From Paragordius varius (lineage: Eukaryota; Animalia; Nematomorpha), in the NCBI GenBank assembly GCA_964247055.1, contig OZ176056.1, forward strand, positions 2,480,001 to 2,544,000: a DNA stretch of 64,000 nucleotides. Reading direction: 5' to 3'. Below, in pieces: positions 13,538 through 28,030 of this stretch (position 1 is the stretch's first letter; each line of letters starts with the position of its first letter). The notes under the pieces are model-generated. The model searched no databases and was not told where the DNA came from. It saw nothing but the letters and a program-made list of their open reading frames with translations. A program made the translations under genes and the position numbers.

Positions 13538-15023
13538 TCTATATATTTATAAAAATGGAAAGTGGTGACTTTGTGATCTGTTTCTGGAAAACCGGTAGAC
13601 CCATTCAAATCCAAATGTCGAAAAAATATAATCAATAATGAATGCCCCGACAATAGCTTAGCCCTTTTTTTGAATTAGGTCCCAGTTCGGGCCCACTCCG
13701 TTTAAAAAACGGTTTTTTTTGAAAAGACAAGTCCACAAAAATCGTGTCTTTGAGACAATTTTCCGAAAAACGTGTTGGACCATTCGGTTTCATATATAAT
13801 TTTTTTGCTTATTTTCGATTATGACGAACATACTAGCCTTTTGATTTAGGCCCTCGTTTTACCCGCCACCCCCGTAAAATGCCATTTTATTCAAAAAGTC
13901 CACAAAAAAAATTTCTGAATCTATTTTTCGCCCAAAGTATGAGCGTAAAAATTCAATGAGGATTCCAGGTATTCCCTGTCAAAAGGCAAAAATTTTAGTC
14001 AAGCGTTTCTTTGATGATAGCTGCTGGGTAAGGAAATACCCACTAAAAACTGACCCGTCATATCGAAATGGTGTGCCTTTGGGGCTAAGTTTCAGAAAAC
14101 CTATCAGGCCATATGAGTTCAATAAATGCTTAAGGTATTACCCGTAATAAGGCAATTTAGATCGCGGTTTTTTTAAATTAGCCGTGGCTCTTCATGCCTT
14201 GAAAAATGCCCCACCATAGAAGGATGTTTTAATTTTGAGGCAATTTGTCCAAAAATAATGAGAGCATATGGAATCAATCTTAATTCCAGGTATTCTCCGT
14301 AAAAAGGCAAAAATTTTAATCAAGCGCCTTTTTGTATCAGCTTTTGGGTAGGGAGCCACCCGCCAAAAACTGCCCCAGTATATAGAAATTACGTTGTTTT
14401 GAGACTATTTAAAGAAAACTTATGACATATAAGCTCATTGAAATATTACCCGTAACTAGTAAAAATTAAGGTCAGGCCTTTTTTTATTAGCCGTTAAAGG
14501 GCCTTTATGCCCTAAAAATACGCCATCATATACCGATTATTTAGTGTTGAGGTATTTTTTTCGAATAACCCATGAGACGATGGTCTCAAAGATGATTCCA
14601 AATATTTTCCCTATAAAGGCAAAAAATCTAACTTAGCGCTTTTTCCATGTAAGCCTATGGGTAGGGGTCTACCGGTTTAAAACTGAGACGCTATACAAAA
14701 ATGTCGTGGCTTTGGAAATAATTTTCAAATAACCTAAAAAGCTATAAGAGTTGAATAAAGGCTTTAATACCCATAAAAAGGTAAAAATTATAGCACCGCG
14801 GTTTTTTCCGTTAGCCGTTAATTTGGGGCCTTTACACCAGTAAACAATATATTAATATGAATGCAACGTTTAGAAAATCCTACGAGATCATAGCTAATAA
14901 ATAATGTTTCGAAATAATCCACATATATGGATCATTTTATTGATCCCTTTTTCAAATAGCCCCCCCCCCCCCATAGAAATCCGAAGGTCCTCGGGCTGCG
15001 TAGCAGCACGAGATCTACGTTAG
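13538..15023 (+). mobile_element. Non-autonomous Helitron-like element with ~312-321 bp internal tandem units
   Basis: 5' end A|TCTATATATTTATAAAAATGG. A 3' GC-rich hairpin CTCGGGCTGC-GTA-GCAGCACGAG (14990-15012) lies 11 nt before the TTAG|T end (a degenerate CTRR). No TIR or TSD. Three internal units are anchored at 13962, 14283 and 14595. Confidence 0.7.
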
Positions 15024-15290
15024 TTAATATATATATATATAATTCTTTTAATTTAAAAGTGGATTAAATATTTTCATTTATTTTTATATCACCATTTAAA
15101 TCACAAAACATGAAGTTGACAATATCCAGAAATTATAATCGTATATATAAATTAAACATAAATAATGTATTAATCAAAAAATCAATCACATTATCCCGTT
15201 AGTGACTAGACTATTTTATGTGAAAACCCATCATTACTGATTATTAATTATATTTATATTTTTTCTTTCAGTTAGTATAATTGGCTTTTT

Positions 15291-18200
15291 TCATGCGTGT
15301 GTTTCAAAACGATTCAACAACTTAGAAAACTCAATCCTTCCATTAAATATGGTATCTAATGAAAGTGACCCCCCAGATTCCAATGAACATTTCAAATTCA
15401 GTAGAAAAGATGTATCATAATTTCGATGCACAGGTCTGTTTTCACCATCTTTGTACCTCAAGGATAAGTTTTCGTGTCGTTGCTCCAAATATATCTACGA
15501 TATTTGGATATTTTTGTGTAACATAAGTTAATTTACGGGCAATGATAATATATATATATATAATATACCATTTATAGTTCAAATTTACCCTTGAACAATT
15601 CAAATTCACCCTAAAAATAAATTATGTGTTTCCGAACTCATAACTCATTATTAATATGGCATAGTTTATTATTTTTTCAATATTATTTTAATTTCAAACA
15701 TAATTTTATTTTTCAAATTTTAATCTTAAAAAACATAATTGAATTGTTAGAGGGTGAATTTGAATTTGTTCGAGGGTGAATTTGAATTGTTCAAGGGTAA
15801 ATTTGAATTGTTTAAGGGTGAATTTGAATTGTTCAAGGGTGAATTTGAATTGTTTAAGGGTGATTTTGAATTGTTCAAGGGTGAATTTGAATGGTAAATG
15901 ATATATAATCATATATATATTATTTTATAGACTAAGGGTGTATAATCATATATTATTCAACGTGAGCTGCATTCATGACTAAAAAAACCGTCGAGACGCA
16001 TTGGCAATATATATGGGCATTGATAAATATTTTATGAGATTTTAAACAATGCAAATTGTAAAATACAAATTCCTTATTTTTTTCATGTTTGTTGCCAATT
16101 GGAATATATCCATTTTTTTGCGGGCCGTTTTTATCCAATTAATCACACACATATTTTTTATGGTGGCGGCACAATTTATATTACGTGATACATAAAAAAG
16201 TTATATCTTATATAATAAATTCCCAGTCTTATTTACCCTATTAGTTTTTAAATTTATCATACCTGTCCCATTTTATCCGTTATACTTTCTAAGCGTCCAT
16301 TTGTTCTCATAAAAGTAAAGGTACAATCTTCAGTAAAATCCACAGTCGAATTAATGGTAAATGGCTACAAAATATTAACAAATGGGAAGAAATCGTTTTA
16401 ATACTTTTTAAAGCCAAATCGTAATGTATGACTAATTTTGAAATTTAATTAGTATATGTATATACGTAAATGGAGCTTCTAAGCCGATAATTGCGTATGG
16501 CTTTTCGCAAAGACTTAACCATAGTTGATGAAAAGGCTCGACATGTTCGGGTTTTATTTCGGTTACATTTTTCACAGGAATACGTTCCATTGTAAGAAAC
16601 ATAAATACCAGGACCTTGAACATTCATATAGGATAAAGGAAGGTCTCTATATCCGAATATATCAAATATTATTCCATATATTTTTATTCAAAAAACAAAG
16701 GATTGATGTATCCCATTCACCCAAAATTTAAATTAGTAAAAGAATTTAGAATGGAAGATAAAATGTAATCTTTTTTAAAAGAGGTTTTATTTTAATATAC
16801 CAAGGCATTTTGACGCCAATTCATAACAAAATAATGTACAGCCATAAATAAAAATAATGTTAGTATACCTTTTGGATTTTATATCTATGTGCTCAATTTT
16901 TTAATATTTTTGTTATATAATTTTATCACACATTGTTATCATTTAAAAGATAAAAAGCTGTATATTTCACAGTTTTGTGATTTCTAGACTCTAAAATTGA
17001 GACAGTTGTAAAACACCAATGAAAAACTCATATTAAAATTAAATATCAAGTTACTGGTAAAATGTAGCAGCTTTTTAAAGTCATTTTTTACATCATCTAA
17101 CATTATAATTTTCCTGTTTTAGCGATAATAGATAAAAATGGTGGCAAAAAAGTTTTGAGTAATTTTATTATGATTTTACATTCTTTAAAAAAATATTTGT
17201 ATAATGCGCCTAAAGGGCTAAAGAAATTATATTCGCCATATACCTTAAATACTTTTTAATATTTTTATATATTAAATCGCTCTGGGATATTAAACTACCC
17301 CAATAGGCAATGAAATGTTAACACACGATATGAACATTAGAATATCAGCAGAAGATACATATCTCAATCTTCTCAAATTTATTTTATACCCAATCATATA
17401 ACAATTTACACTATTTATACAACAAGGCTATCTTACAAAAACATATAAAGTATTAATTATAATTTTGAATCTATAAAGTTATCATTTCAATAAATGTGCT
17501 CACAGATACTAAATTTGCAATATAAATAAAATTAAGCTTACTCCGAAAAATGGTTATTTACATCCCCCGACCATATATTGTATATACCAGGCAGCTTCAC
17601 AGCATTTCGTAAATAATAGGCTTTCACGTATACCGGTTCTTTCATAATAAATTTATAACAGTATAAGCATATATATAAATAATATTAATGTTAGTAATCA
17701 TATAATGTATACTTTCAAAATGATCATAAATGTGGGTCAATCCATTCCATTCTAGAAAAATTGCAAACAACTTTATATTCATTTGCATTTATAAAATATT
17801 GTATAGTGTTAATAGTATAGTTATACCAGTTAATTTGTTTGGGTCTGGAGAACATTTTGATAAAACGGCATGAATATGAGCTGCATGGTTCGGACTTTCG
17901 GTTGAGGAATCGCCGATGCGAGTTAAAACTTGATTTTCTCCTCTTTCTTTTTCGAAATAAAGATTAGTTAGGAAATTAACAAGTTCAAAGGGTCCAGCCT
18001 TGGCTATAACGTAGTTCGGATAGAATTCATAGATCATTAGCTTGTCAGATTCTTGCCAAAATCGCAACTAATTGATGCAAACAATTACACTGTGAGTAAA
18101 TATACATTGCTTGTTTTTCATTATAAATACTGCCAGGTAACCGAGCATTATTTTTAATAGCAGTATGAATTTGATCCCGATTTTTGCCGGACAGTTTAAT

Positions 18201-19228
18201 CACCATTTTTAATGTTTTAGGAAGTTTTCATAAATTTTACAAAAATTATAGTAATTTTACATATGATTATATTAGACAATAAATTTCTCTGCCACTTGTT
18301 TGCATTTTCTGATATTTACTATCATTTTAACAGTAAATCAATAAAAATTATAATTACACCTAATAATTTTGCATGATTTGTTATTTTATGATTATGCGCC
18401 TTATTTTACTAAAAAATGTTTTTCTTTGAAAATATACAACAAATGCCCATTTGTAACATATTATTCGAAAGAGTGAACTCTATAAAATATACTAATATGT
18501 TTGACAGTTTTATGTTTTTAATAAAATATTTATGAAGTCCTATATATATTTTTCAATGCAGCCCGCGGGATTTTTTGAGTCAACAAAAATCCGCAAAGCG
18601 ATTTTTGTTGGGACACTCTTGCTTTAGTATATTCATTAGCCTTAGTATTTGCTTATTTGCCTCATTTAAAATTTGACATTCTAAAAAGCTAGCAGGCCAA
18701 AGTTTAAAAGTCGTCGGCATGTGATTTCCCTTTGCAAAATTTTTTTCTGAAATTCACATTTTGTTGCATATGTCTTTTCCTATTGTTTTAGGAATTGGCT
18801 TTTATATCATCCAGATAATATTAGGTGATTAAGAACCCTTATATATAAAAAAAGTTTTAAATAACATTATGCATCATTATTCTAATGAGGTGTCCAACAT
18901 ATATAAGTTTGCGGGCTGAATTTTTTTCTCAGAAAATCGAGGGGCCCCCTTTATAGTATATATTGTAAATTAAGCATTTTATTAGATTTTAAACATGAGA
19001 CTGTAAATGCAAAACACATATAACTGGTATTTATTCTATTCACCAAAATTTCTAGTTCGTTGTCTATTGAAAGATTTATTCAAAATTAAAATATATCATT
19101 TTTCACTAAAAACTGTACGGGCAAAACGTAAAAATATAAAGACAAGCATTTTTTTTAAAAGCCCCATACTTTTTAATTTTTGATTTATTTCAATATAACT
19201 CATTGTTTTAAATGCCAAAGTGTGAAAT

Positions 19229-19262
<34 letters not shown>

Positions 19263-22043
19263 CTAAAACAATCGATTCTATATTCTACAATTGTTGTAAC
19301 TAAATAGCTTATATATGAGAAACATTAAGGTTTTAAAAAGTATGGTTGTCTTTTAGAAAAAATATTTGTCTTTATATTTTTACGTTTTGTCCATATAATT
19401 TCAATTTTTACTCTACTAACACTGTGTGAGCCTATACATTATGGAATATCGTATTTATCTGGAAATTTTCAAGAAATTTTGCGGGCCGCCTGTTGAACAC
19501 CCATTTTAAAAACCATAACACTCACCTTAAGTAAATCATTGACGTTATCCAGAGCAAAATGAGACTCATCCACACAATGGATATTGTAATCGGTAGAAAA
19601 CGCAACATCCAATGTTTGTTGACCATAGGCATATTGTCCAGTTCGGTTTTCATAACCACAAAATTTGTGGAGCCTTATGCGTTTCCAATCAATATCAATG
19701 TAAAACTGTTAGTGCGCAAAAAGAGTTAAATGAATTCAATGATAATTCTATGAACCGTTTTTTGTTAAATGTTCCGGCATTAATGTAAGAGAAATATAAT
19801 AATATTATTCATATACTTCAATGGGGTGACCAAGCTTATTTTTAAGGTTCGCTAACTCAGAAAAACTTTCGTTCGTTAGTAAATACTCCATGTGCGTACT
19901 ATTTTGGTTTCTATGAATGATTTGTGGCAACTGCAGCACAACTAATTTGTGTGGAATGGTTTCGATTTTCTGTGGTTGTACTGTGATAGTGTCTAGGCTA
20001 TAAAATATGAGAGATTATTAAAATTTTATATAATATATTTCTGTAAATAAAAGAAATTTTTTCTACAAATTTTTAAAAACCAGTTAGATATTTATTTGTA
20101 AATGGGCTTAAAGTTGTTTACTATAGGACCGCCCATTATGGCTCCGTCTTAGTAAGGTTCTCGAAATAAACTGCGCTTTGAACTAAATAACCCTTAAGAT
20201 TATCATTTTAAACTTTTCCGATTTTCAAACAATGTCTAATGTCCTATTTTTTAGTATCGTTAAAAGTAAACTCTTCCAAAAGTCTAATCTTTGTGGGTTT
20301 CTTAAATTATCAAAAATATAGAATAATACAAAATTATAAGTTTTAAAAAGGTTTAATATAGATAAAATTAATAAACAATGAATTTATATATTTTTCAAAA
20401 TGGTTTATGATAATAATAGATAATGGTGATGATGTTTTTACAATTTGGTTCATTATGAGAGGAAGGGGTAAGGCTATCTCGTAATTAAAACAAAAAATAT
20501 CTTTTTAAATAAAATTTATAATTATTACTTTTGCATAGTATTATCAAAAATGTTCGGAAGACTCAAATAAATTTTATTCAATTCCACCTTTTGATTTGAA
20601 GCGCATATGTCTTTGTAAAAGATATATTCATCTATTTAACAACATATATATATATATATATATTAAGGTTAAAGTTATTGTAGTTCTCAAAGTAGCCAAT
20701 CTCAGAATTAAAAACAGGTATCACAATGCATATAAGGAAATGCTCAAAAAACTGATTTTGAGCAATCAATTTTTCTAAATTCAGTAAATAAAACTTTAAT
20801 AGAGAATTATTCACAGATTTTGCTTTCAATTAGTTATAAATATACCAAAAAATGCCCCATAATAAAACAAATATTAGCAGCACTATTTTATCAAAAACAG
20901 TTGAGTGTTAAAACTATTGTGTTCTTTTAATAATGTTGACCAATATATTGATTTGCATGTAAGGTTTTATTAATACATAATGATTAAATGATTATGTTTT
21001 TTATAAAGGAATATATTTTTGTTGGTTTAAATATAACTATGATTACGATAAAAATTGGTGTATTCCTTAATATATGCCCCTTTCGCCTCCCAAAAAGATA
21101 GATTATTTTTATAAAAAAGCCTTTTTTACTTTTTGACATTATAAATCAAATTTAACTGGATAATGGATATATAATTTCTATTTACTTGGTGATTGATTGC
21201 AACTAAGACAAATTTTAATTGGAGGACTTTGTGTTATTTGGCTATGAGATCCAGTAGAATCGGGCCGAATGGAAAAGATTATTCGGGTAATTTTAACTAA
21301 GTTTGGGGCGATAATATGTTCGAATGTGTGGTCATATTTTGTATATTGCAATTTTGGCGGTTTCCCAGGTACTTTTTTGAGACTTAGCTTAAATAAAATG
21401 AAAAAATTTAAAAATATGAATTTAATTAAATCCCTCTCTATATTTGGATAAATTCTTTGAATTATTTAGTATTAATTATATGGCAACTAAAACTTTATAT
21501 TTTGATGCTTTTGAGTTCATGGACTGTGAAACATCTATGCGCCGGATAACAGGAGGGTCATGTTCCGTTATGAAATTGTGCATTTCATTTTCCATATCGC
21601 TCACATTATACGACGATCGGCCATATTGATATCTGGATCGGATAGTATAAAAATTTGCGACATTTTCAGGATACGTTTCAATACCTTCCAAATATTTAAG
21701 GTGCATGTTGGCTGGTATATCGATATAGAACTAAAGAACGAATGAACATAAAATATGCGATATGCCAAATATCTTTAATAATAATCAATTCTACACACTA
21801 AAAAAATTAATAGTTAATATTTATCTATAACCCTGTAATCGTTCATTAATTGATCTGCTATGGCATAACAGTCGGAACTTATAATATAATACATTGTATC
21901 GCTACCATGAATCATATTTTGCTGTTGAATAGTCAAATAGCCACTATATAATTTTAAAATATTATTTATTTTAAAATAATTTTAATAAATTAAATATCAA
22001 AATTTTACCCATCAAGTCCGAAGCGACAGTTGGTATCTGTTTA

Positions 22044-22074
<31 letters not shown>

Positions 22075-22914
22075 AAATTGTAAGTAAGATATATTTCGAA
22101 AGTTTGTTTGAGAACAGTTTCAAAGCCAGTGAATACAGTTATATTTGGCGGCATTTATTTTGTAATAGAACAGATATTACCATTAAAAATAAAATTATTT
22201 TTTTGCTGTCTTGATATATTTTTAGGTGAATCGGTAAAAATACAAATTTATAGAGTCCGAAGGGTTAAATGCAATATACATGATCGAATACAAAAGCAAC
22301 CAGTATAAAAAAGCTATTTTTATCGTAGCTTTGTTATAAATTTGTTTTAATTTATTTGACCTTATGTGGAATAAAAATGTGAAACAGAAAATTAAAATAA
22401 TTTTTTTTTCTCGTATTTTAAACGCTTATATCATTTTGATATTCATTGTCCTGAAACCTTTGTCCATCGAATGTATAATTCATTAACATTTATTTTTGCT
22501 GAGAACCGTGTAATATATAAAACCCAATAACAGAGGCGTAGAGGGCGAAGGGGGGCTGATACACCGGCTGCCATAGTTAAAGGGGCTCCGAATTAAAAAA
22601 AATTTAATATTTCAAAAAATATGTATTTTAAAGTTATTATTAATAATAAATAAAAAAATCACCTATTTATGGGTAGTCACGACCACGATTTTAGATTATT
22701 TTTTTAAATAGGCATTGAAGAATAGGGGGATGCAGCATGGATTCATGTACCGGGGGCCAGAAATTCATAAGCCAATAAACAACTTATTTGTTGGCCATTA
22801 CACTGGAAATATTTTATCAAATACGCATTTATAAATTTTAATTAGCTAACCTTCCAACATACATTGAGAATATGCGATGAGAATACCATACAAAACAATC
22901 GTTAACGCCAACAT
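15291..22914 (-). CDS. Gene A: 14-exon predicted secreted glycoprotein of unknown family, 656 aa; paralogue of gene B
   Basis: Exons (minus): 22914-22851, 22036-22009, 21943-21832, 21730-21494, 21387-21186, 20631-20529, 19997-19817, 19705-19526, 18067-17827, 17751-17713, 17638-17542, 16646-16466, 16364-16263, 15494-15291. All introns are GT-AG with matching phases, total 1971 nt, no internal stop. Signal-peptide-like start MLALTIVLYGILIAYSQCMLE. Every exon aligns with gene B. The ORF-track entries at 21476, 17789, 16445 and 15291 are pieces of these exons. Confidence 0.88.
15564..15904. mobile_element. 21-bp-repeat MITE copy (gene A intron 13)
   Basis: About 7 inverted 21-bp units at 15750-15895. 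This is the source of the spurious FKFTLEQ-repeat ORF. Confidence 0.75.
16950..17270. repeat. Dispersed repeat family (copies ~11090-11340, ~60290-60625, ~62500-62590 inverted)
   Basis: Shared blocks AAATTGAGACAGTT..AAAACAC, AAAAATGG(T/C)GGCAAAAAAGTTT and TTTGTATAATGCGCCTAAA. Confidence 0.7.
18280..18515. repeat. Dispersed repeat family (copies ~23215-23480 direct, ~9780-10050 inverted)
   Basis: Shared TTTGCATTTTCTG(A/G)TATTTAC.ATCATTTTAACAGTAAA and AAATGCCCATTTGTAA blocks. Confidence 0.7.
18885..19505. mobile_element. hAT-type MITE containing a nested TA-MITE (gene A intron 8)
   Basis: GGTGTCCAACAT...GCGGGC at the left and GCGGGCCGCCTGTTGAACACCC at the right, similar to the 54994 TIRs. No TSD recognised. 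Similar lone ends occur at ~18620, ~40077, ~42887 and ~48962. Confidence 0.5.
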
Positions 22915-24893
22915 AATTGTAATTAATTATTTCTTGTCTAAATTACAGCCTTTATACATTTTTTTTCTGAACTTGAACTCTACATTTTGAATAAATGTTG
23001 TTTGAGATGTGAACTTGAAATGTCAAAAAAAACATAATGCTTGTTTACATATAAAATCAAATAATGTTTACCACAGCAAAAAAATAGGGTAAACGAACTA
23101 GTAATATATGTTTTTATAACGTTTAGAGAGTTAGTTTTGACTGGTAAATATTATTTTTTACTACAGATTATTGTACCAATGCACTAACGGGTTGAACTAA
23201 AAAATAATTATACTGGATAACAAATTTTTCTCCCACTCGAGTTATTTGCATTTTCTGGTATTTACCATCATTTTAACAGTAAAACTGAAATAAAAATTAT
23301 AATTTCACCTAAGAATTTTTTAAAATTCTATTTTTTTATGATTATGTGCCCTCTTTATCGAAATTTTACCAAAAAATGTTTTTCTTTGATATACAAGAAA
23401 TGCCCATTTGTAATATATCATTCGAAAGAATAAGGAAAACTCAATGAATGCATACTAATATGTTTTACATCGATAGTTTTTATTGGAGAGAGGAAGCGAC
23501 AAACTAGCGAAGCGAGAGCGTTTTTCTTAATTAATATATTTTTAAAACTAATGGATGAAAACAGCTAACTTTGTCATGGCGATGAATGTCCAAAAAAGAT
23601 AACACAAGAAAGCTTTTTTGATTAATTTATTTGTTGTTTTATGCCATTCAAAACAGCCATTTTTTAATTTTTTTAGTTATATAATTTTAAAATTTCAAAG
23701 ACTAAATTGTTGATGATTTTAACTATTATGTAATGAATTTACAGATATAACTATGCATATTAGTTTCTAGGTAAAATAATATAATAATTTAAAAAAGTAA
23801 AACAAAAGTTTTTCAAAGATTTTTTTAGTGTAACCCTAATAAGTATATTAAAATCATTTATATTTATTATAGTTAGTCTTTAAAATTTCTTGACTTATTT
23901 AAAGGTCGAACCCAAATGACTTTTACATCAAAGTGATTTAAATGACTAACTACCATTCGAAAGATACAATTTTTCGCGCTTTTTCGAATGATATAAAATA
24001 CATGCTTATCTAATTTCGAGTTTAATGTTACAGGGCCAAAAATTATTGATAAACCCGAATAAATAAAATTTTTAGGTGTTAGACCTATTTTCAGAAATAT
24101 TATTTATGTACTTTAATGAAATAAAATTTAATTTGGCAGTTAAAATAAGTCAAAATTTGTTGTCTTGTGTTGTATAAGATAGATACTATTATTATTTTCT
24201 ACCACGCATAATATTTAGATTTAATACATATTTAAAAGACAACGAATTAGTTGATTTTAAAGGTATATTATAAACGCACACATGAAATTTAGTTCTGGCG
24301 GATATGTTAATAGGTGGAATAGCATATAAAATGTTACTAAAATAGCGCTAAATAAGGCATTCACACCTAAGTTGAGTTACGAATTATAATACAAGTAGGA
24401 TTAGGATTCTCTGATATAATTCTTCCTCTTCCCAAATGTATTTAAACGGTATAACAACATCGTCATTCACCACTTTAAGCGATATAATAGTTTGATTATA
24501 TACACAATGCACAAAAAATTTATATCCTTATGAAATATAATTTGTGATCGTTTGGTTTTGGGGCTTTAAGAGTGATATAAGATTATTATCACTTTTGTGG
24601 TAATACCCCATATCAGAAAACGGCAAATTTGAGCAAATTTGAATTTTTTGGTGAAAGCTAAATGCATTTCAATAAATATAAAATATATCAACTATATCAA
24701 AAAGGCAAAACAATATTTAATTAAATAAATATGAGTTGTAAGATATGAAAGTCTCAAATTTTTCGGACCCCTCAAAAATGGGATGGTTTTTTTAAATAAA
24801 CAACGTAAAATACAGTGTGTTCATGACATTAATTTGTAATATATGCTAAAATATGACATAAAAAAAGTTTTTTCGGAAAAAAATGCATAGTAA

Positions 24894-25664
24894 CAGGCTA
24901 GGAACCGGAACCGGACTTCGGTTCCTGGGATTTTAACAAGAACCGGTTCCATTTGGATGGAACCAACGCGGTCCGGTTTCAACCGTTCAGAAACCAACCC
25001 GATTCCGGTTCCACGCCCTTATGGTTCCCATATGGTTTTTGTTTTTAAAAACTTTATTTTATTATTTAAATTTGATTGTACCACTACATATTACATACTT
25101 CCAACTTTAAACCTAAATTCAAGCGCTTAATATTAAGCGATGCTCTCTGAATTTTGGGCGATTTGGCTCTTCTAAAAAAATAATAGTCATAAGTCGAGTT
25201 TATTTATAACACATATATTCATATATATATATATATATATATATATAGGTCTCCATTGAAAGGAGTTTTTTTTACCCTTAATTTTCTATTTTCAGACCTG
25301 AGAAGCAGTTCCAGCGAATTGCTTGGTGCAATAATTTTTTAAAATTAAATAAAGATTTTTTTGGATGCCATACTTAAATTAACTCTCAATTTATACCTTT
25401 GTACTAATACATTTTCTATTATATTTTTATAATTTGTTTAATTTATTTGCTACACTATATTTCTTTCAGTATACATTTGGCAATTTATAATAAATTGTTT
25501 GATTTATAATTGTTAATATTTTGGTTTTTTTATTATAATAATAATTTTGCCAATCATTTAATCAAAAGCCGCAATTTTTGAAGGAACGAACGCGGTTTCG
25601 GTTTCACTTGTTCAGGAACCGACCCGGTTCCACCTCCACTTTTTTGAACCGGTTCCAAGCCCTG
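24894..25664. mobile_element. Non-autonomous element with CAGGGCTTGGAACCGG-type TIR and clustered GGAACC/GGTTCC motifs
   Basis: CAGGCTAGGAACCGG at the left and CCGGTTCCAAGCCCTG at the right. The internal part 25090-25200 matches 940-1045 in reverse. No TSD found. Confidence 0.6.
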
Positions 25665-26899
25665 ATAAAAATCAATATATAAATTTGGAGCGCGTTTTAT
25701 CCAAGGTGGTAACGGTATAAATAATTTTTCCATAGATTTCGATGAGGTTGAAAAATTATATCATCACTTGGAAATTTTTAATTAAAATATGTTTATTCCA
25801 AACATTCTGAAACTTTTTTTGACTCAATTTAGCACATGGTTTTTTCGCAATTTCGGACGGCGTCGGGCATTTTAAAAAAATAAATAATGTGCCAAACATC
25901 TTAAGTAAAGTGTAATACTGCATTTATATCAGTCTTGAGTATAAATAAAAATGTAAAGAGGCATGCTATCGAAAGTGTTTCAAAAATTTAATTTATAGAA
26001 TAAAGAAAATTTCAGCACATAAAAATCTATTTTAAAAAAGTTACATATTGTCATAACTGGAATAGACCATCGATTTGTTAAGAATTCATGAAATAGCACA
26101 GCATTTTACAAAACTTGTTGAAAATCCTGCATCGCAAACTATTTAATAGACTTATTTTATTCACCACTATGAATGGCAACTTTGACGAAATTTAATCCCT
26201 CAACCTCGTTTTATTTACAAAATTTATTTTTGTAAATGTTTATTCCTATAAATAAGCATTAATATATACAAAACATTGTTACTAACATTCTGACAAAAAA
26301 AATTTTTTGGTAAATTGGAATGAATGTAATTCTATTATTTCCAACATTATTTTATAAGCACTGCTAAACAAATTTAATTCCAATTGAACATACAATATCA
26401 AATTTAGAAGAAAATTTTCAAACCAATAAGGCAATTATTGATCTAGTATATTTAATTATATAAGAAAAAACATGGACATTGTGTCGGTTTTAATTACTAA
26501 CAATTGTAATTCAACAAAATGACAGTAATTTTTCGATGCGATAAACAATTTTATTTAAGCTGAAACGTTTTCGAACACCTTGTAAGGTTGAATTAATTTA
26601 TTTGGGTAAGATTATATGTCCAGTTAATTTGAACTCTTTACCATTCAAAATTTCAAATAGGTATATCCCTTATTGTAAACATTTTGATCTCAGATATAAA
26701 GTTAATCTTTTTTTTAAACTTTTGGCGGGCGAGCCATCTTATATTAAATTAGTTGATATCTTTATATACAACGTTAACTTTTTTCAAATTTCGATATAAT
26801 CTATTACTACCGTTTCGCACATAATTGATGGTTACTACAATCATAGTATTTTCTACATTAACTTTTGAGGATAGCCAAAATTAAGGATACAAATCACTA

Positions 26900-27560
26900 A
26901 ATATACCAACTAGTATTTTAAACCGTATGTTTTTTGGACCAATCAGGAGTTTTTTAATTGTTTGCATTAGGTGTAAATATCCAGATAGCATAAATATATC
27001 TTCACCTCATGTTGACTTTTAATACAGATTTCCTTTAAGCAAAATTGTTTATTACCTGGCATAATGGGAAGCAGAGCGGTTTTGCAATATCATTGCTTTC
27101 ATCCAGCGCTATAGAATATATATGGGATATTTCTTTTAAGCTTGGAAACGATGAAATATTTTCAATACATCGTATAATGGCTATGTGCAGTTAAATATAA
27201 AATTTTAAAATTTGCATTTTATAGGGCAAATTTTTTTAACGGCAACCATGCTTTTTTGATGAATCCTCTTAATGAAGTGTTTGTTGTTTCTATATTGATT
27301 TCGAAAAATCAAAGGAAGTCTTATTGGATGAGGTGCTGATTTCTTTTCTCCAAAATATTTTGTTGATTCTTTGAAGTTTATTGCAAAAAATCAATTTTGT
27401 TTAGAATGAATTGAGCTCAAATTTAACATAATTAATTTTGAGTTTCGCCTTGTAATAGCGACGCACATTAAATTCTTTGAATACATTCGTTGATTTGCTT
27501 CGAGCATAATGCTTTATTGTAACATTTAATAAATTAATAATCAAAAGTTGACTTTATATT
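26900..27560 (-). pseudogene. Remnant of a Charlie/SPIN-like hAT transposase
   Basis: Minus-strand fragments in shifting frames: KEFNVRRYYKAK, YSIALDESNDIAK and KST*GEDIF. These resemble the KEYNLRRHY, SIALDESTD and TTRGEDIF motifs of this family. No termini found. Confidence 0.7.
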
Positions 27561-27876
27561 AATTGGCGGTTTTCTTCCCTATATCTTTGGCTATTATTAC
27601 AATAAATACCACTCCTTTCACCAATATATTTAATTTTAAAGTATATGTTAGCATTTAAGTGTTCATCCACGTTATGTGCTAACATATCAACTTAGAGATA
27701 AAAATTTTAATTGCTAAATTTTAATATTAAAAAAGATTTCAAATAGGTATTTTGTTAATATTTATTAGCAATTTAGGGTAGATCCTACTATTTTGAGTCA
27801 TGGTCGAAATTTAAAAAAGCAAAAACACTTTATATAAATCGATGATTCTGAACGTTTCTTTCACGGCAGAATTTTG

Positions 27877-27911
<35 letters not shown>

Positions 27912-28030
27912 GATATACCCAAATTTAAAAAGAAACAAAATTTTAAAAAAATAGAGATGATAGAAATGTTCGGCAAATATTAAGACAATAGCTTTTATTT
28001 TTAAGCCCCTTCATCCGTTTCCCTCATGCC

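Noticed and set aside
15706-15912. ORF with FKFTLEQ heptad repeats
   Set aside because: It is the translation of the 21-bp tandem unit of a MITE lying in gene A intron 13.
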